From an uncultured Candidatus Rokubacteria bacterium (GTDB taxonomy: Bacteria; Methylomirabilota; Methylomirabilia; Rokubacteriales; DASRDR01): a DNA stretch of 64,000 nt. Shown piece after piece: positions 58,174 through 64,000 of this stretch. Both the position numbers and the translations under genes were made by a program. The notes beneath the pieces are model-generated. The model did not search any database. It saw nothing but the letters and a program-made list of their open reading frames with translations, and was not told the DNA's origin. Location of the stretch: positions 1,664,001 to 1,728,000 of the forward strand of contig CAWDVE010000010.1 in NCBI GenBank assembly GCA_963805625.1, read 5' to 3'. Position 1 is the first letter of the stretch, and each line of letters opens with the position of its first letter.

Positions 58174-59039
58174 CGGCAGCGGCGTCCCGACCCCCTGAGG
58201 ACGGCGAGCTTCGCCGGCTGTGGCGCACCTTCAGCCGAAACCGCGTGGCCGTGCTCGGTCTCGCGCTCGTGGCCGTGGTCACGGGAGCGTCGGTGGGTGC
58301 GCCGATCCTCACGCCCCGGAACCCCTTCGAGCAGCGGGCGCAGGAACGCCTCCAGCCACCCGACGAGAGCCATCCCCTCGGACGGGACACGTTCGGTCGC
58401 GACGTCCTCGCCCGAATTCTGTTCGCCGGGCGCGTGTCCCTCGTCGTGGGCCTCTCCTCCGTCATGCTGGGCGGCGTGATCGGCTGCGCGATGGGCCTTG
58501 TCGCTGGCTACGCGGGCGGGCGCGTCGAGAACGCGATCATGCGCGTGGTCGACGTGCTGATGGCGTTCCCGAGCCTCCTGCTCGGGCTGACCGTGCTGGC
58601 GGTCCTGGGGGCCGGCCTCGGCAAGATGATCCTGGCGATCGGGCTCGTGCTGGCGCCGGCCTTCGCCCGGGTCATGCACGGGGCCGCGCTCACCTTGAAG
58701 CGGCGGGAGTTCGTCGAAGCGGCGCGCGCCGCGGGCGCCTCGACGCCGCGGATCCTGGGGATTCACATCCTGCCCAACGTGCTCGGCGAGGTCGTCGTCC
58801 TGGCCAGCCTCTGGACCGCGTCGGCCATCCGGGTGGAGGCGAACCTCTCGTTCATTGGGCTGGGGGTCTCGCCACCGACGCCGACCTGGGGCAACATGAT
58901 CCGTGATGGCACGCCCCATCTGCTCAACGCCCCCTGGCTGTCGGTGTTCCCGGGGCTGGCGATCCTGGTGACGGTGCTGGCGTTCAACCTTCTTGGCGAC
59001 GGGCTGCGGGACGTGTTCGACCCGCGGCTGCGGGAATAG
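58170..59039 (+). CDS. ABC permease, DppC-type (start uncertain, possible CTG overlap)
   Basis: HPLGRDTFGRD, EFVEAARAAGA, PPTPTWG, DPRLR. Confidence 0.92.
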   Translation: MTAAASRPPEDGELRRLWRTFSRNRVAVLGLALVAVVTGASVGAPILTPRNPFEQRAQERLQPPDESHPLGRDTFGRDVLARILFAGRVSLVVGLSSVMLGGVIGCAMGLVAGYAGGRVENAIMRVVDVLMAFPSLLLGLTVLAVLGAGLGKMILAIGLVLAPAFARVMHGAALTLKRREFVEAARAAGASTPRILGIHILPNVLGEVVVLASLWTASAIRVEANLSFIGLGVSPPTPTWGNMIRDGTPHLLNAPWLSVFPGLAILVTVLAFNLLGDGLRDVFDPRLRE

Positions 59040-59051
59040 GCGGGGCCCGCC

Positions 59052-60410
59052 ATGTCGGCAACGAACGAGCTGATCGCCTTCGTACGAGCGCTCGACGGAA
59101 GTCGACTGCCCGACGAGATTCTCCGCCAGGCGGTCCGCGTAGTCCTCGATCTGGTCGGGGTCGCGATCGCGGGGGCCGGCACCCCCATGGGACGGGTGAG
59201 CGCCCGTTTCGCGTGTGACCACTACGCGGCCGGTCCGGCAACCGTCGTCGGCGCGTCGGGAGGCCTGAGCGCGGTGGGCGCGACCTGGGCCAACGGGATC
59301 GCGGCGAGCGCCCTGGACCTCGACGACGGTCACCGCCTCGCGATGGGCCACCCCGGCGCCTCGGTCATCCCCGCGGCGCTGGCGGTCGCCGAGACGACCG
59401 GTGCCTCCGGGCGCGAGTTCCTGGCGGCGATCGTCGCCGGCTACGAAGTCGCGGTCCGGGCGAGCGCGGCGCGCGTTCCGGCTTACAAGGAGCGCCAGTA
59501 CTCGACGGGGATCTGGGGAGGGCTTGGAGCGGCGGCCGCGGCCGGACGGCTCCTCGGGTTGGACGAGAGGGGCTTCCACTCCGCGCTGGGGACGGCGGCC
59601 TCCCACGGGCCGTTCCCGCCCGCTGGGCCGATGGCGAACGACAGCATGACGAAGGAGGTCATCGGGTGGGCGGCGATGACCGGCTGCGCCGCCGCGTTCC
59701 TCTCGCGAAACGGCTTCGTCGGTCCGGAGGACGTCTTCGACTACTCGGGACGCTGGAACACGAACGATCTCGTCGACGGGCTCGGAGATCCGGCGCGGTA
59801 CGCCGTCCTCGGCGTCTACTTCAAACCGCACGCGGTGTGTCGGTGGGCCCACCCCGCGATCGACGCGATGCTGGAGCTGACCGCGCGGCACGCCATCGGT
59901 CCGGCGGAGATCGAGACGATCTGCGTCGAGGGGTTTTACGAGATGACTCGGTTGCTCGACTACGCGCCTCGGACCGTGGTCGGCGCTCAGTTCAGTCTCC
60001 CCTTCGCGCTCGCCCTCGCCGCCCGTGACCGGGCGGTCGGGCTCGCGCAGGTCAGCGAGTCCGCGCTGACGGATCCCGAGTTGCTCGCGCTGGCCCGTCG
60101 GGTCGAGGTGAAGGTGGACCCGGAGCTGGCGCGCCAGTTCCCGGCCAAGACGTCGGCCCGGGTGACAGTGCGCACGGCGCGCGGGGGCTATTGCAGCGCC
60201 GTGGAGTTTCCGAAGGGGAACCCCGAGAACCCTCTGGCCGACACCGAGCTCGTCGACAAGTTCCGGGCGGTGGCCGGTCCGGTCATCGGTGACGCGGCGG
60301 CCCGGGCGCTCGTCGACGCGATTCTGGACCTTCCGACCGCGCCCGCGGTCACGCCGTTGACGAGGCCCCTCGCGGGCGGGGCCCTCGACGAAGAGCGTCG
60401 TCATGGCTGA
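59052..60410 (+). CDS. MmgE/PrpD family protein
   Basis: NGIAASALDLDDGH...HPG, FKPHAVCRWAH, QFSLPF, KGNPENPL. Confidence 0.93.
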   Translation: MSATNELIAFVRALDGSRLPDEILRQAVRVVLDLVGVAIAGAGTPMGRVSARFACDHYAAGPATVVGASGGLSAVGATWANGIAASALDLDDGHRLAMGHPGASVIPAALAVAETTGASGREFLAAIVAGYEVAVRASAARVPAYKERQYSTGIWGGLGAAAAAGRLLGLDERGFHSALGTAASHGPFPPAGPMANDSMTKEVIGWAAMTGCAAAFLSRNGFVGPEDVFDYSGRWNTNDLVDGLGDPARYAVLGVYFKPHAVCRWAHPAIDAMLELTARHAIGPAEIETICVEGFYEMTRLLDYAPRTVVGAQFSLPFALALAARDRAVGLAQVSESALTDPELLALARRVEVKVDPELARQFPAKTSARVTVRTARGGYCSAVEFPKGNPENPLADTELVDKFRAVAGPVIGDAAARALVDAILDLPTAPAVTPLTRPLAGGALDEERRHG

Positions 60411-61614
60411 GACGGCCGACGCGGTGGTGATCGGGGGCGGGGTCAATGGGATCAGCATCGCTCACGCGCTGGTCGCCCGGGGTGTCCGGCGCGTCGTTCT
60501 CTGCGAGAAGGAGGCACTCGCCAGCGGCGCGTCCGGCCGCTCGAGCGCGCTGGTGCGAATTCACTACACCAACGAGTCGGACGCCCGGCTCGCCTGGGCG
60601 AGCTTCCCAATCTTCCGGGACTGGACCGAGGTCATGGGCGGTCCTCCGGTGTTCCGGAAGACGGGGTTCCTAACGATCGTGGCCCCGGCGTACGCCGAAC
60701 ATCTCCGGCGGAACGTGGAAGTGCTCCGGGCGCTTGGCGTCAACACGGAAGCGCTGGGGCCCGACGACGTGCGCCGGCTCCAGCCGTTCCTGAACGTCGA
60801 GGACGTCGGAGCCGCCGCCTACGAACCGGACAGCGGCTACGCGAGCCCCGCGGACACCGTCGAGGGGTACCGGCGGCGCGCTGAGGCGCTGGGGGCGCAG
60901 GCTCGACAGTGGACCCGGGTCACCCACATCCACGCAGCCGCGGGCCACGTGAACGGAGTGGAGACGACGGGCGGACGAATCGACGCGCCTGTAGTCGTGA
61001 TCGCGGCGGGTGCCTGGTCGACCCGGCTCTGCCGTGAGATCGGCGTGACCCTTCCCGCCCGGCCCAAGACGATCGACACGGTGCTGGCCACGCGTCCGCC
61101 GGAGCTCTCCGCGCCCCACATGACGATCATCGACAACGTGCAGGGCACGTATCTCAGATCCGAGAGCGAGATCCTGACGATCGTCGGCGTCCCGAGCCTG
61201 GAGTGGGACGTGGACCCCGACGCGCTCGGGCCCGGCCTTCCCCCCGGTGCCGGGGAGGAGGGCGCGCGACTCCTGACGCATCGAATCCCGGCTATGGAAC
61301 GGGCGACCCTGGCGCGAGGCTTCCGAGCCTTCGATGGCTACAGCGACGACGGGCACGCCATTCTGGATCGGGTCGAGGGCATCGCGGGTCTCTACCTCGC
61401 GACGGCCTTCAGCGGGATGGGGTTCAAGATCGCGCCCGCGGTCGGGACGTGCATGGCGGAGCTGATTCTCGACGGTGAAGCCAAGACCGTCGACATCCGG
61501 CCGTTCGGGCTGCGGCGCTTCACGGAAGGCCGGCGGCTCGAGGGGCCGTGGCCGTACGCGCTCAAGGGCCACGAAGGGCCGCACGCGCGATCCTTGGGCC
61601 GCCCGCCCGCGTGA
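60403..61614 (+). CDS. FAD-dependent oxidoreductase (DAO family)
   Basis: VVIGGGVNG, SGASGRSSALVR, FSGMGFKIAPAVG. Confidence 0.93.
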   Translation: MAETADAVVIGGGVNGISIAHALVARGVRRVVLCEKEALASGASGRSSALVRIHYTNESDARLAWASFPIFRDWTEVMGGPPVFRKTGFLTIVAPAYAEHLRRNVEVLRALGVNTEALGPDDVRRLQPFLNVEDVGAAAYEPDSGYASPADTVEGYRRRAEALGAQARQWTRVTHIHAAAGHVNGVETTGGRIDAPVVVIAAGAWSTRLCREIGVTLPARPKTIDTVLATRPPELSAPHMTIIDNVQGTYLRSESEILTIVGVPSLEWDVDPDALGPGLPPGAGEEGARLLTHRIPAMERATLARGFRAFDGYSDDGHAILDRVEGIAGLYLATAFSGMGFKIAPAVGTCMAELILDGEAKTVDIRPFGLRRFTEGRRLEGPWPYALKGHEGPHARSLGRPPA

Positions 61615-61639
61615 ATCGCGGACGGACGACTCGGCCTCG

Positions 61640-61790
61640 GCACTGTTCCTGCGCGCCCTCTTCACTGGTTCTGCCGCCATCGCGCTCGAGAACCTGGCAC
61701 TGCGCCATCAACGGATCGTCCTGCAGCGATCTGTCCCTCGACCCCGGCTCGCTCGCTGGGACCGGATCGTCTGGGTCTGGCTGTGTCGTC
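61640..61790 (+). mobile_element. Second short remnant of the same transposase family
   Basis: IALENLALRHQRIVLQRSVPRPRLARWDRIVWVWL, homologous to the 47367 N-terminus. Confidence 0.7.
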
Positions 61791-61864
61791 GGGCCGGACC
61801 GTCACGTCCGGGGCGGGGATCAGGTCGGCGTAGGTGGTGGGAATCGCCGTGGTAGACTCCCCGC

Positions 61865-62245
61865 ATGGATCGAGTATGGCTGGTCACTCGCGGGGAGGAT
61901 TCTGACCAGGAAGTGATTTGCGCGTGCCGGTCGGAAGCCGATGCCCAGACCATGACCGATCGGCTGCGCACGATTGGTGTGCGGCAGATTGCCCGATTCA
62001 ATGATCCGGTGGCCGTTCCACTCGTCTCTGGTGATGCCTCCATTAGCGAAATCGCGTATCTTCAGTACGTGGTTCATGTGGATCGGGATGGCCGCGAGCT
62101 TGATCGGTTCACCTATCTGACTCTGACAGAACCCAACGAGGACGGCGCACATCTAGACGGTGGTCAATTCGTCGGCTGGTCGCGCCGTAGCTACGAGGTC
62201 GCTCTCGCAGCCGCTCAGGTCGCTGCCAAAGAACTTTCGGGATAA
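61865..62245 (+). CDS. Hypothetical protein, visibly lower GC
   Basis: 126-aa ORF next to the IS remnant; no recognised motif. Confidence 0.55.
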   Translation: MDRVWLVTRGEDSDQEVICACRSEADAQTMTDRLRTIGVRQIARFNDPVAVPLVSGDASISEIAYLQYVVHVDRDGRELDRFTYLTLTEPNEDGAHLDGGQFVGWSRRSYEVALAAAQVAAKELSG

Positions 62246-62671
62246 GTCCCACTCCTCGCCAAAGAAGCTGGTTTGTAAAGGCACGTCCGTTCTGGCTCTG
62301 CCTCACAGGCTGCCCCCGAAGCCATCGAGCGACGCCAGGGTGGCCCGTGGGGCTCTGAGTCTGGTGCACCACATCAGGACGACTTTATTCCTCTGACGGC
62401 TTCACGGTGGTGACTCGAATCATCCCTCGTCGCCGACGTGCGGCTGATTCCCAACCTCGCGTCGCTACAGAACTCCGAAGCGTCTACGGTCACTTCCCCA
62501 CCGGGACACGCCCGTAGGGGAGCCCTGCCTCGAGGGGATTCACGCGACGCGCGAGCCGAAAAATCGCCCCTGCCAAGAGTGGGGTGGCAGCTGGACGGAT
62601 GCTGGTCGGGGCCAGCGCCAGAACGGGCCCGACATCGTCCCCGTGCTACTCTGATCGCGCTTCACGGAGGC

Positions 62672-63213
62672 ATGGGCATGCTCTGCTCCCAGTGTCAGCA
62701 CGAGAACAGAGCGCAGGCGAGGTTCTGCGAGCAATGCGCCGCGCCCCTGGCCCGGACATGCGCACGCTGCGGTGCCCAGGCCTCCGCGAGTGCGAAGTTC
62801 TGCTCCGAATGTGCCTACCCTCTACCACCACCGACGCCATCGCCATCGCTAGCACCCGAGTCCTACACGCCCAAGCACCTCGCCGAAAAAATCCTCACGT
62901 CCAAGACCGCTCTCGAGGGTGAGCGCAAGCAGGTGACCGTACTCTTCGCGGACCTCAAGGGGTCGATCCCGAGTACCAGCACGGCTGGGGAGGGAAGACC
63001 CACTACCGGCAGGCTCTGGCCCTGGCCGAGGAATTGAGGATGCGCCCGCTCGGCGCCCACTGCCACCTCGGCCTCGGCAAGCTGTACCGGCGCACCGGTA
63101 AGCGGCAGGAGGCGCACGAACACCTGACCACCGCGGCGTCGATGTACCGCGAGATGGGCATGACCTTCTGGCTGGAGAACGCGGAGGCGATGTGTACCGG
63201 AGGTGACCCATGA
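62672..63213 (+). pseudogene. Collapsed double-zinc-ribbon adenylate/guanylate cyclase-AAA-TPR gene
   Basis: CxxC x4, PESYTPKHLAEKIL, ERKQVTVLFADLKGS, joined out of frame to the tail HYRQALALAEELRMRP...MYREMGMTFWLE. Confidence 0.88.
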
Positions 63214-64000
63214 CGCGAGTGTCGATAGTCGCCCTCCTCGCCCTTGCCCTCCTCGCCGCGCCGCTCGTCGGCGACGCGCAGCCACCGGCTAAAGTCCACC
63301 GGCTTGGGTTCCTGGGCAGCGCCTCGCCGTCCGGCTACGCCCACTTGATGGAGGCGCTCCGGCAGGGCCTTCGCGACCTCGGCTACGTGGAGGGGAAGAA
63401 CCTTTTCATCGAATACCGCTGGGCCGAGGGGAAGTACGACCGGCTTCCCGACCTTGCGACACAACTCGTCCGCCTGAAGGTCGACCTTATCGTCACGCAC
63501 GGGACGCCAGGAAGCCTTGCGGCCAAGCAAGCGACCACAACTATCCCTATCGTCATGGCGATCAGCGGCGACGCCGTGGCTACGGGGCTGGTCGCCAGCA
63601 TTGCTCGCCCGGGCGGAAACGTCACTGGCTCCACCTTCTTCTTCCCCGAACTAAACGCGAAGCGGGTGGAATTGCTCAAGGAAACCCTGCCGGGAGCCAG
63701 CCGAATGGCAACCTTCGGCAATGCTGACAATCCCTCGGTCGCACACGCGCTGAAAACAATGGAGCCGATGGCCAGGGCGTTGAAGGTGGACCTTGAGGTA
63801 GTGCAGGTCCGAAGACCCGACGAGTATGCTCGCGCCTTCTCGGCGATGGCCAAGCGGCGCGTCGAGGGGGTCGTGTTGATCGACGACGCGCTGCTGACCG
63901 CGAGTGTACGGCAGTTGGCGGACCTCGCAGCGAAGACACGAATTCCGACCATCGGAGGCAGGGAATACACCCACGCGGGTGGCCTCATGGCCTACGCCGT
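63210..64000 (+). CDS. ABC_sub_bind-type substrate-binding protein (runs off the 3' end)
   Basis: Signal peptide, RQGLRDLGYVEGKN, VDLIVT, ATTTIPIV, SIARPGGNVTG, GGLMAY. Confidence 0.9.
   Translation, partial: MTRVSIVALLALALLAAPLVGDAQPPAKVHRLGFLGSASPSGYAHLMEALRQGLRDLGYVEGKNLFIEYRWAEGKYDRLPDLATQLVRLKVDLIVTHGTPGSLAAKQATTTIPIVMAISGDAVATGLVASIARPGGNVTGSTFFFPELNAKRVELLKETLPGASRMATFGNADNPSVAHALKTMEPMARALKVDLEVVQVRRPDEYARAFSAMAKRRVEGVVLIDDALLTASVRQLADLAAKTRIPTIGGREYTHAGGLMAYA

Noticed and set aside
1247-60458. Many long antisense or alternate-frame ORFs (e.g. 1247-2455, 12783-14333, 34356-36545, 55401-57323, 58095-60458)
   Set aside because: Shadow ORFs of high-GC genes; they overlap well-supported CDSs and have no motifs
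1-64000. CRISPR array, rRNA, selC tRNA or prophage structural genes
   Set aside because: No regularly spaced repeat-spacer units, rRNA-like stretches, tRNA-Sec cloverleaf or phage motifs recognised by eye; a covariance-model scan would be needed to exclude small RNAs

Overview
A 64 kb, high-GC bacterial window. Its gene families (double-zinc-ribbon cyclase, ABC_sub_bind-type and Tat-exported NMT1-type binding proteins, ENLAL-type transposase remnants) resemble Candidatus Rokubacteria-like soil bacteria; this is inference. In order it holds kdpD-kdpE, catabolic enzymes, a peptide-type ABC operon, a standalone MshEN-repeat protein, a chromate-resistance cluster, an AdoMetDC-like pyruvoyl enzyme with a large insertion, a CarH/LitR-like B12 regulator locus, a sugar ABC operon, the reductase operon described next, a SCO/histidine kinase/solo binding-protein locus, stress genes with sigma-54-like promoters, and a second peptide ABC operon with FAD oxidoreductases. 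The main result is a glycine/sarcosine/betaine-reductase-family operon (grdC-grdA-grdB-grdE-like, minus strand, 38133-42795). grdA, which the ORF track misses, and grdB each carry an in-frame UGA at the selenocysteine position followed by a SECIS-like hairpin. The GrdE-like subunit lacks the canonical pyruvoyl-forming site, and no grdD is present in the window. Also present are a tRNA-Gly(CCC) 3' half next to an IS remnant, two small proteins below the ORF cutoff, and many truncated or internally deleted gene relics. No CRISPR array, rRNA or intact tRNA was seen.
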